A stretch of 64,000 nt of DNA, from NCBI GenBank assembly GCA_002452295.1, contig DKEX01000081.1, positions 1,329 to 65,328 of the forward strand. Direction: 5' to 3'. The notes below the pieces were generated by a model. It saw only the letters and a program-made list of their open reading frames with translations, made no database searches and was not told the DNA's origin. The position numbers and the translations under genes were made by a program. Of this stretch, positions 52,429 through 61,570 are shown piece after piece. The number at the start of each line of letters is the position of its first letter. Position 1 is the stretch's first letter. The stretch is from Firmicutes bacterium UBA6811 (lineage in GTDB: Bacteria > Bacillota > SHA-98 > UBA4971).

Positions 52429-53694
52429 CTATTTTGCCAGGAGAGCGTTGACCTTCTCTACGGCCTTGTCCAGGGCCTCCTTGGGAGTCACCTTCGCGAG
52501 GAAGGCCTCCTCCACGGCCTGGCTTATGATCTCCCTGATGTCCTGCCACTCCGCCACGTTCGGATCGGTCACCGCGAACTTGAGGGCGTTCAGGCTGGCC
52601 GCGTTCCTCGGATTGGCGGCCATCCACTCTTTCATCTCTTTCAAGTCGAGCGCCGACTTCCTCACCGGGATGTAGCCGGTGTTGATGGCCCAGTACACCG
52701 TCTGGGCAGGGCTTGTGAGCCACTTCATGAACTTCCACGCAGCTTCCTGCTCCTCGGGCGTGGCGGAACCGAACATCACGAGGTCGGTGCCGGCCACCGG
52801 GGCGGCCGGGCCTTTCTTGTAGGGTATCGGGCCGATGCCCCACTCGAACTTGTCGCCCACCGCCTTGTCGGTGTACGAATAGCTGGCCGACGAGGCGAAG
52901 TACCCGCAGGTCTTGCCTGCCCCGAAGTCAGCATCGGCATAGCCGGGGATGTAGTAGGCTACCTTGTACTTGTGAAGCATGTCCACCATGAACTGAAGCG
53001 CCTCAACGCCCTCGGGGCCGTTGAACACGGCTTTCCTTCCGGTCTCGTCGAGGTAGCGGCCGCCGTTGGTGAGAAGGAGGTTGGCGAAGTAGTCCACGTT
53101 GGGTCTCAGCACCATGCCGTGGCGAGTGATCTTGCCATCCTTCACCACTGTCGTGGCCTTTGACGCGGTGAGAAGCTCCTCCCACGTGCTGGGCGGCGCG
53201 AGGCCTGCTTCCTTGAGAGCTGTGAGGTTATGGATGTAGATGGCTACGCTCTTGTTGAACGGGAGAGTGTACATCTTCCCGTCAAACGTGCAGCCTGCGC
53301 GGAGCTGCGGCCAGAAATCCTCGATCTCCTCCTTCGACAGGCCGTCAGGCCCTGCGAAGAACTCCTGTACCGGCTTTACGGCGGCCGATTTCACATACTC
53401 GGCCACCCAGTTGCCGTACGCCTGGGCCATCGTTGGAGGCTTCTTCGCGGCAAGGGCGGCCATTATCTTCTGGTTGAGCGCGCCGTAGTTGCCCTGGTAT
53501 TCGGCCTTGACGATGATGTCGGGGTTCCCCTTCTGGAACTCCTGGACGAGTTTGTCAATGGTCTTGCCGAGGGCCGACCCCATGCCGTGCCAGAACGTTA
53601 TGGTCACCTTGGGTGCAGCAGAAGCGGGCGCAACCCCTGCAAGGAGCACGACGAGAAGGCCAAGGGTGATGACGCCAGCAATAGCTCTGTTCAA
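52429..53694 (-). CDS. ABC transporter extracellular solute-binding protein (family 1, sugar-type)
   Basis: Signal peptide MNRAIAGVITLGLLVVLLAGVAPASA, then KVTITFWHGM...YGNW, typical of CUT1 SBPs. The TTG start has an AGGGAAA SD. Confidence 0.85.
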   Translation of the reverse strand: MNRAIAGVITLGLLVVLLAGVAPASAAPKVTITFWHGMGSALGKTIDKLVQEFQKGNPDIIVKAEYQGNYGALNQKIMAALAAKKPPTMAQAYGNWVAEYVKSAAVKPVQEFFAGPDGLSKEEIEDFWPQLRAGCTFDGKMYTLPFNKSVAIYIHNLTALKEAGLAPPSTWEELLTASKATTVVKDGKITRHGMVLRPNVDYFANLLLTNGGRYLDETGRKAVFNGPEGVEALQFMVDMLHKYKVAYYIPGYADADFGAGKTCGYFASSASYSYTDKAVGDKFEWGIGPIPYKKGPAAPVAGTDLVMFGSATPEEQEAAWKFMKWLTSPAQTVYWAINTGYIPVRKSALDLKEMKEWMAANPRNAASLNALKFAVTDPNVAEWQDIREIISQAVEEAFLAKVTPKEALDKAVEKVNALLAK

Positions 53695-53840
53695 CTGGTT
53701 TCCCTGACATGCCGCGCCGGAGGCGCGCAGATCAGGGAATCCCCCCTTTCGTGCCAGACTCGGGTGATGCGGTGTTTCATTTCCCAGTTGCTCTCCAGTT
53801 ACCGTTCACACCACGATAACCACCAGAGGCCGCAGGCTAG

Positions 53841-53854
53841 AGTGCGCGCGCACT
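53841..53854. promoter_or_regulatory. Perfect 14-bp palindrome AGTGCGCGCGCACT (18 of 20 bp when extended), about 150 bp upstream of the ABC operon
   Basis: Read directly from the sequence. It is a candidate operator for an unidentified regulator. Confidence 0.3.
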
Positions 53855-54046
53855 TTAGCCCTGCATCGAAGCCCCGCGCTCACCCCCTTTTCCCAAGGAT
53901 TTCGTGCGGCCTTGCGGGGTCGGAAGACCTCAGGATTCCGGGCCGAGGGTTTCGTTTCCTCCCGCAGGCTCAAAACCTGTAAGGTGTATTAAATTCTACC
54001 TCGGCCCCTTCCATTCCTTCCAGGAAGCGACCGTTTACACCGAAAT

Positions 54047-56437
54047 CTAGTACGTCCCATGCATGCTGAAAACACGCGCCTGGCCGCCGCGCCCCCTCAC
54101 GGTCACCGCGCCACTGTGGTCGGTACGGAGCACGCGCGCTCCAGACTCTGTCAGCGACTCAAGGGTGCCCCGGGCCGGATGGCCGAATGTGTTGGGGCCA
54201 ACCGATATCACGGCCCAATCCGGGGATATGGCTGGAAGCACGTCCCACGGGCAGCTCCCACGGGCGCCATGGTGGGGCACCTTGAGCACGTCTGCGTCCA
54301 GGTTGTACCCCTCTTGCACAAGCCCAGCGAGGACCCCGGGGCCCGCGTCCCCGGTGAACAGCACCTCGACACCCTGAAAGCTGACCCTCATCACTATGGA
54401 TAGATCGTTCAGGTCCGTCACGGTGCCGCCATGGCCGGCCGCCGGCGGATGGAGGATCTCCATGGTAACGCCATCGCCGAGATCCACCCGTCCGCCCCGC
54501 ACCACCTCAACGACCCTCACACCCCTTTCGCGGGCGAGGTCAACGAGGAGCCTGTCAAGGCCCGGCCTCACCTCCTCGGGCACCGGGGGCTTGAGCACCG
54601 CCTGCACCCCTACGCGCCGGATCACCTCCAGGAGCCCCCCGACGTGATCCTGGTGCGGGTGGGTGGCCACCACGATGTCGAGGCGTCTCAGGCCGCGCCG
54701 TGCAAGGTATGGCACCACGACCTCCGCGCCGGGGTCGCGCCCGGGCCCGGACGTACCTCCTCCGTCCACCAGAACCGTGCGGCCCGATGGGCTTCGAATG
54801 AGGGCCGAGTCGCCCTGACCAACCGAGAGAAACACCACCTCGAGATGGCGAGGCCCCACGGCAGCAACCCACACAACTGCTGTGGCGGCACACGCCGCAA
54901 GCACCGGCAGGTGCCTGCGTATCGCCCCCAGGGCGCGCCGCAGTGGCCTGGGGGCACCTGTGGTGACCAGAACGACGTAGAAACCGAGGACCGCCCACAG
55001 TGGGGGCCGTGCAACTGCCAGCGCCGCAAAGGGCAAGCGCGCGAAAAGGGCTATCACCCATTCGAGAGCGTAGAGAACGAGCGAAGTGGCGGCATTGAGC
55101 ACATATGCTGCGGGCAGGTAACAGGTCCCCACGAGGCCCGCTCCGAGCCCTGTAACCACCGCCATCCCTGCAAGCGCAACGCAGGGAACGTTGGCGATGA
55201 TAGCGACGGGCGATACCTGCCCGAAGTACCATGCGGCGAGGGGCGTCGCCCCGGCCTGTGCTGCCACCGACACCGAGAGTGGCCCGGCCGCCACCGCGGG
55301 GAGGGCGCGGAAGGTTCGCCGCAAGCGGGGGGACAGGTGCAGGACGCCAAAGACCACAGCGAAGGACATCTGGGCGCCAGGGTCGAACACCATGAGGGGA
55401 TTCTGGATCACCATCAGGAGGCCGGCAAGGCACATGGCGCCGAGGGCGCTCACAGGCCGTCGCATAAAGCCGGCGACTCCGGCAACGGAGAGCATGGCCG
55501 CCGCCCTTACGACCGACGGCCGCATTCCGCACGCGGTCGCATACAGCCAGACCCCGACCAGGGCGGGCGCCAGAGCCGTGCCTCCTCGCAGCCCAAGGCC
55601 TGCGACCATACCACACATCACAGATGCAACGAGGCCGACGTGCAGGCCTGATACGGCGAAAAGGTGGGCTGTGCCCGTAGCCTGGAGCATGTCGCCTATC
55701 TCCTCGGGGCGCCCACCGAAGAGCATGCCCGACAGGATAGCAGCTTGCCTGGCCGGCAGCGTGGCTCGGGTGACCGCGATCATGTGATCCCGGAAGACGG
55801 TGCCCATCGCGGCGGCCGCCCCGGGCCGCTCCAGCCGCTGGATGCGGAGGTCGCTGGCGCTGCGCACGTATAGTGTCCCAGATATGCCTCGGCTCCCAAG
55901 GATGACCGTCATGTCGGGCTCGCCGGGGTTGGCAGGGGGCCGCGGCGGGTAGAGCCGCCCCGACACCCGCACCCTGGTGCCCGACACGAGCCCGCCCGGC
56001 GCCTGCCCGTGGCCGTCCACGACAACAAGCACCCGCACTCCCCGGATCGCGGGATCGCCGTTCGCCGAGTCTACTCTCAGAGTCGCGCGCCAGCGGCCAT
56101 CCGGCGCCGTCTCCGGAGTGCCCACGACGACCCCGACAAGCTCGAGAGTTCGCGCCGAGGCATACCGCTCGAACGCCTGGTGGCATGGCCGGGGGACGAG
56201 CGCCACCTTCATCGCCAGCGCACCGGCCAGGAGCACGCACGTCCATAACGCGAGGCTCCGGGGGCCGGGCCCCGGAGCCCTCCCTCCGGCTCTACGCCTC
56301 ATGCCCCAGGTGCCTGCGGCAAGCACGACCGCCGCCATGCCAGGGACGCACACGGCACCCCACGCCTTCATCATGGCAGCTCCGGCGGAGAAGAGCACCA
56401 GCGCGAAAAGGAGAACGCCATCTCTTTGCACGGTCAC
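54047..56437 (-). CDS. comEC: DNA internalization competence protein ComEC/Rec2
   Basis: A polytopic competence domain and a C-terminal metallo-beta-lactamase domain with HPHQDHVGG, ~796 aa. Confidence 0.9.
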   Translation of the reverse strand: MTVQRDGVLLFALVLFSAGAAMMKAWGAVCVPGMAAVVLAAGTWGMRRRAGGRAPGPGPRSLALWTCVLLAGALAMKVALVPRPCHQAFERYASARTLELVGVVVGTPETAPDGRWRATLRVDSANGDPAIRGVRVLVVVDGHGQAPGGLVSGTRVRVSGRLYPPRPPANPGEPDMTVILGSRGISGTLYVRSASDLRIQRLERPGAAAAMGTVFRDHMIAVTRATLPARQAAILSGMLFGGRPEEIGDMLQATGTAHLFAVSGLHVGLVASVMCGMVAGLGLRGGTALAPALVGVWLYATACGMRPSVVRAAAMLSVAGVAGFMRRPVSALGAMCLAGLLMVIQNPLMVFDPGAQMSFAVVFGVLHLSPRLRRTFRALPAVAAGPLSVSVAAQAGATPLAAWYFGQVSPVAIIANVPCVALAGMAVVTGLGAGLVGTCYLPAAYVLNAATSLVLYALEWVIALFARLPFAALAVARPPLWAVLGFYVVLVTTGAPRPLRRALGAIRRHLPVLAACAATAVVWVAAVGPRHLEVVFLSVGQGDSALIRSPSGRTVLVDGGGTSGPGRDPGAEVVVPYLARRGLRRLDIVVATHPHQDHVGGLLEVIRRVGVQAVLKPPVPEEVRPGLDRLLVDLARERGVRVVEVVRGGRVDLGDGVTMEILHPPAAGHGGTVTDLNDLSIVMRVSFQGVEVLFTGDAGPGVLAGLVQEGYNLDADVLKVPHHGARGSCPWDVLPAISPDWAVISVGPNTFGHPARGTLESLTESGARVLRTDHSGAVTVRGRGGQARVFSMHGTY

Positions 56438-56474
56438 CCGACTCCCCTACCCGACGTCGCGTCCGGCGCGCGCC

Positions 56475-57227
56475 TCAGTACACGACGACGAGGTGCTTTA
56501 GCGCCTCGTACTTCCTGGGCCCTACCCCGGGCACATCCATTAGCTGCTCGGGCCTGTCGAACCTCCCTATTGCAGCCCGGTGCTCTACTATCCTCTGGGC
56601 AAGCGCAGGCCCTATGCCGGGCAGCGTGTCCAGCTCGGCGAGGCCTGCTGTGTTGATGTTGACACGCATACCCCCCGCTGGAAGAGACGAGGAAGTCACC
56701 TCGCCTGGAGGCGGCGTCTTATCCGCCCCTGCGGGCCCCTGGGCGATGCGAGATGCGCCTGCCGCCGCACCGCCCTGGCCTGCGCCAGGCGCCTGAGCGG
56801 GCTTTGCCGGAATATACACCTGCGCTGAGTCGGACAGGACTTGCGCCATGTTCACAAGCTCAGGGCATGCCCCGGGCGCAAGGCCGCCTGCGAGCCGCAC
56901 TGCGTCGGCGACGCGTGATCCGGTTGGAAGCGTGTACACGCCGGGGTGCACCACCGCTCCACAGACGTGCACGGTGACGTCAATTTCCGCCGATGAGCTC
57001 TTCACCGCCTCCTCTCTTTCCGCCGCCTCGGCCCGCTCGCTGCCGGCAGGCGACGGCCCGGGCGCTATCACCACATCGCCCCCGCTGAGCCGCCTTGCGG
57101 CAAGCACGACGCCTCCGATGCCGAACCCGACCAGCAGCACAGCTACAACGAACCTCTGCCGTCGCGAGAGATCGAACACCTCACCCACCCCCACGGTTCT
57201 TATTTGCCTTTCTTCATAGGGCTTCAA
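56475..57227 (-). CDS. comEA: Competence protein ComEA (helix-hairpin-helix DNA receptor)
   Basis: An N-terminal TM segment, a SLBB-like domain, and C-terminal tandem HhH NINTAGLAELDTLPGIGPALAQRIVEHR. The start codon is uncertain: TTG at 57227, or a downstream GTG. Confidence 0.85.
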   Translation of the reverse strand: MKPYEERQIRTVGVGEVFDLSRRQRFVVAVLLVGFGIGGVVLAARRLSGGDVVIAPGPSPAGSERAEAAEREEAVKSSSAEIDVTVHVCGAVVHPGVYTLPTGSRVADAVRLAGGLAPGACPELVNMAQVLSDSAQVYIPAKPAQAPGAGQGGAAAGASRIAQGPAGADKTPPPGEVTSSSLPAGGMRVNINTAGLAELDTLPGIGPALAQRIVEHRAAIGRFDRPEQLMDVPGVGPRKYEALKHLVVVY

Positions 57228-57304
57228 GATGTGGCGAGGATTTCCTGTTATGGCAGACTAGCCCATGGGGATGGTTTGTGGGCAGATTCAAGCCCCCGGC
57301 AACA

Positions 57305-57340
57305 ACAACGCCCCCCATCCCATCGGATGGAGGGCGTTGT
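57305..57340 (-). terminator. Intrinsic terminator candidate downstream of tRNA-Ala
   Basis: ACAACGCCCCCCATC...GATGGAGGGCGTTGT, 14/15 bp, followed in minus sense by UGUUGCC. Confidence 0.45.
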
Positions 57341-57375
57341 CCGAGACATCACGTGTGCCAGTAAGGCGCTAAAAA

Positions 57376-57451
57376 TGGTGGAGACGATGGGAATCGAACC
57401 CACGACCTCGTGAATGCCATTCACGCGCTCTCCCAACTGAGCTACGTCCCC
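57376..57451 (-). tRNA. tRNA-Ala (anticodon GGC), CCA encoded
   Basis: Manual fold of GGGGACGTAGCTCAGTTGGGAGAGCGCGTGAATGGCATTCACGAGGTCGTGGGTTCGATTCCCATCGTCTCCACCA gives a 7-bp acceptor stem with G3:U70, a GCTC/GAGC D-stem, a CGTGA/TCACG anticodon stem, and a loop ATGGCAT with U33 and A37. Confidence 0.9.
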
Positions 57452-57485
57452 AGACACATGATCGCATATCTGGTTGCCTACCACG

Positions 57486-57514
57486 GCTAACTGCGATTAT
57501 AGCAGACAATCCCG
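57486..57514 (-). promoter_or_regulatory. Consensus sigma-A promoter for tRNA-Ala
   Basis: Minus-sense TTGACT (plus 57509-57514), a 17-bp spacer, and TATAAT (plus 57486-57491). It is about 30 nt upstream of the mature tRNA 5' end. Confidence 0.65.
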
Positions 57515-57520
57515 GTCAAG

Positions 57521-57940
57521 TCAAGAACCGCGAGCCTCGCCGCGTACCTCACCCGGGTTTACCTCGGCCCGGCTCCCCACCTCCGGGGAGCCTCTATAGA
57601 GGCGCTCCAGGTCGTAATACTCTCGCTCACGAGCATGGAATATGTGGACCACCGTGTCGGCGTAGTCCAGGATGATCCACCCGGCCTCCACGGTGCCCTC
57701 CCTGTGCCGTGGGAGCACACCCTGCTCCTTCAGCTCGCGCAACACCGCATCGGCGATGGCCTTGACCTGCGTGCGCGACGTCCCGCTCACGATGACAAAG
57801 TAATCGGCGATTATCGTCAGGTCCTGGACATCGAGCAGCAACACATTCTGAGCCTTTTTCGCCTCGGCAGCGGCACGAGCTATCTCGGCGATGGATAGTG
57901 GGTCTATACCTGCCCGCCTCCCTGTTCGCGTCAATCCCAT
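57521..57940 (-). CDS. rsfS: Ribosomal silencing factor RsfS (Iojap/YqeL)
   Basis: PLSIAEIARAAAEAKKAQNVLLLDVQDLTIIADYFVIVSGTSRTQVKAIADAV...GWIILDYADTVVHIFHAREREYYDLERLY. The start was set at the ATG, MGLTRT. The SD is weak and the start is uncertain. Confidence 0.8.
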   Translation of the reverse strand: MGLTRTGRRAGIDPLSIAEIARAAAEAKKAQNVLLLDVQDLTIIADYFVIVSGTSRTQVKAIADAVLRELKEQGVLPRHREGTVEAGWIILDYADTVVHIFHAREREYYDLERLYRGSPEVGSRAEVNPGEVRGEARGS

Positions 57941-58141
57941 ATCGAGCGCTGGCGAACCTCGCGCCGCGCCAGGCCTCTTTACCTCGGTCTTGAGCCCACC
58001 CCGGCGCCGCGTCAGCGTCACAGGCTACCTAGAAGTCCGCTCCAAAACCCTTCGTTCTTCAGTGGACGCGATTCTTACACGCCGTCTATCAGGGCGTACA
58101 GGACGCCTTGGCCGGCTCAAGGTGCCTTTTGAAGCAGGCCT

Positions 58142-58402
58142 CTAGTACCTCGACTGGCGCGGCCTTGCCTCGTTGACAATGATCTGCCTGCCGCCGAGCT
58201 CGGTGCCGTTCATGGCTGCCACCACACGTTCAACATCCTCGTCGTCAACCTCGACAAACCCGAACCCACGCGACCTCCCCGTCTCTCTGTCGGTAATCAC
58301 TCTGGTGCTCTTGACATCCGCCACCGCCCTGAACGCCTCGTTAAGATCGTCCTCGCTCACCGACCAGGGAAGGTTCCCCACATACAGGGTCTTGGTCACC
58401 AC
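58142..58402 (-). CDS. RRM-domain RNA-binding protein
   Basis: RNP2 LYVGNLPW and RNP1 RSRGFGFVEV motifs. About 86 aa. The GTG start lies 6 nt after GGAGGTGG. Confidence 0.8.
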   Translation of the reverse strand: MVTKTLYVGNLPWSVSEDDLNEAFRAVADVKSTRVITDRETGRSRGFGFVEVDDEDVERVVAAMNGTELGGRQIIVNEARPRQSRY

Positions 58403-58729
58403 ATACCACCTCCGGCTTATTATGAACGAAAAACCAAGGTTGCAAGATACCTTGGTTCTCCATCCGCACAAATATTCAGATCGTGGTGCGGCCCCGCTTC
58501 CCCGAGCCTGGCCGCTGTGCTGCATATCGGCTCTGATTACCCCCGATCGGACCCCGCCTACGGAAAGACCTGAACCACGGAAACCCGCAAAACACGGATA
58601 CACACCGCTGGGGACTTTTCAATTGGGTTGGGTCTGCACGCGCCGGACCGCACGTGCGCTAGCCGCCTTATGGCACCAGGCCTGACCTCCAGCTTCTAGA
58701 TTCTCCAGCTTCTGCATTTCAACGATGAT

Positions 58730-58758
58730 ATTATACCACCCTCTGTGCGCCATGTAAA
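58730..58758 (-). promoter_or_regulatory. Strong sigma-A promoter about 320 nt upstream of the RRM gene
   Basis: Minus-sense TTTACA (plus 58753-58758), a 17-bp spacer, and TGGTATAAT extended -10 (plus 58730-58735). It is immediately downstream of the nadD stop. Confidence 0.6.
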
Positions 58759-58796
58759 CGGCCACCTGGCCCGTCATCGCAGAAAATCGCACCACG

Positions 58797-59384
58797 TTAC
58801 AGGTACAGCCCGGCCTTTCGTATGTAGTTTTCCACGCTTTCGGGCAGAAGATAGCGAATAGCGTCTCCCTGTCGCACACGCGCCCTGATATCAGTGGACG
58901 AAATCGCGAGGGCAGGCACCTCCACAACGAAGATCCCGTGGGTTGAGATGCCGCGCGCCCGCTCAAGCTCAGCCTCCAGGCGCGTCGTGCAGTAACCTGG
59001 CCGGGTCGCCACAATGAACGCGCACATCCTCAGCAGTTCGTGGGCCTCCTTCCAGGTGAATATCTCCACCGCCGCGTCCGCCCCGGTGATGAAAAACAGC
59101 TCCGTGGCCGGCTCGCACCTGGACTGGAACTCCCTCACCGTGTCCACTGTGTAGGACGGCCCTGGCCGGTCCAGCTCCATCCGGGACACCTCGAAGTGGG
59201 AGTTGGTGGCGGTCGCAAGGACGGTCATCATGTAGCGGTCCCTGCCAGGCGATATCTCCACCCCATGCTTGTGAGGAGGGGTGCCCGATGGCACAAACAC
59301 GACCATATCCAGGTGAAACTTGACCCTTGCCACCTCCGCCGTGACCAGGTGCCCGTAATGGACAGGGTCGAATGTGCCGCCCAT
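58797..59384 (-). CDS. nadD: Nicotinate-nucleotide adenylyltransferase
   Basis: GGTFDPVHYGHL (the nucleotidyltransferase HxGH motif) and SGTPPHK. The start was set at the ATG at 59384. A 32-codon upstream extension to 59480 is possible but less likely. Confidence 0.85.
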   Translation of the reverse strand: MGGTFDPVHYGHLVTAEVARVKFHLDMVVFVPSGTPPHKHGVEISPGRDRYMMTVLATATNSHFEVSRMELDRPGPSYTVDTVREFQSRCEPATELFFITGADAAVEIFTWKEAHELLRMCAFIVATRPGYCTTRLEAELERARGISTHGIFVVEVPALAISSTDIRARVRQGDAIRYLLPESVENYIRKAGLYL

Positions 59385-59461
59385 GATGCCGAGCCTGTGA
59401 ACCTTCGAGATGTCTCTCTTCAGAAAGGCGTTTCCCTGTGCCACCACGGGACCTCCTGCCG

Positions 59462-60760
<1,299 letters not shown>

Positions 60761-61030
60761 CTAGGAGGTCAGGGCCTCCACGGGGTACACACTGACGCGC
60801 TTTCCGTCCCTGCCGCATCGCTCGTACGCAACGCGACCGCTGACACGGGCGTAGAGGGTGTCATCGCCACCCACTCCAACGTTCACGCCCGGGCGTATTC
60901 TGGTGCCCCGCTGCCTCACGAGGATGCTCCCGGCAAGGACCACCTCGCCGGCGTGCTCCTTCACACCGAGCCTCTTCGACCTCGAGTCGCGACCGTTTCT
61001 CGAGCTGCCAACGCCTTTCTTGTGAGCCAT
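60761..61030 (-). CDS. rpmA: 50S ribosomal protein L27
   Basis: [24 protein letters not shown]... The start is at the ATG at 61030. The N-terminus is mature-type with no propeptide. Confidence 0.92.
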   Translation of the reverse strand: MAHKKGVGSSRNGRDSRSKRLGVKEHAGEVVLAGSILVRQRGTRIRPGVNVGVGGDDTLYARVSGRVAYERCGRDGKRVSVYPVEALTS

Positions 61031-61034
61031 CCGC

Positions 61035-61421
61035 CTACACCTCCCCGCCGTCAGAAGAGCTCGCGGGCGCCTCCGTGGGAGCTTCCGTGGGGGCCTCGGC
61101 AGCCTGCGGTTGGACGCTCTGTATCCGCACCTCGGTGTACGGCTGCCTGTGACCGTGGCGCCTCCTGTAGTTCTTCTTCGCCTTATACTTGAACACCAGT
61201 ATCTTCCTGGCTTTCCCCTCGGAGACCACCGTGGCCGTGACCTTCGCGCCGGGAACATGTGGCGCCCCTACGGTCACACCGCCGCCATCGTCATCCGCAA
61301 CCATCAGCACCCGGTCGAACTCCACGACCTCGCCAGGCTTCGAGGCGAGCTTCTCAACACGGAAGGTATCGCCCTCTTTCACCCGGTACTGTTTGCCGCC
61401 TGTCTCGATCACCGCATACAT
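61035..61421 (-). CDS. rplU: 50S ribosomal protein L21 with a low-complexity C-terminal tail
   Basis: [25 protein letters not shown]. The C-terminus contains [11 protein letters not shown], encoded by a 12-bp tandem repeat. Confidence 0.92.
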   Translation of the reverse strand: MYAVIETGGKQYRVKEGDTFRVEKLASKPGEVVEFDRVLMVADDDGGGVTVGAPHVPGAKVTATVVSEGKARKILVFKYKAKKNYRRRHGHRQPYTEVRIQSVQPQAAEAPTEAPTEAPASSSDGGEV

Positions 61422-61570
61422 GTTGTTACCTGCGTCTCCTCTCGCATCGACTCGCCGGGGCCAGGCACGCGGAGGGCTTTTCGCCCCGCGTTTTTCGTTG
61501 GCAGCCCGCCCCGAGCGGCATGGCGACACGCGCCCACATTCGCGAGTTTACCACAGCCCGCGCCGCCCTG

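Noticed and set aside
57248-57484. 78-aa ORF overlapping the tRNA-Ala locus
   Set aside because: The region folds into a canonical tRNA with its own consensus promoter. The ORF is an artefact.
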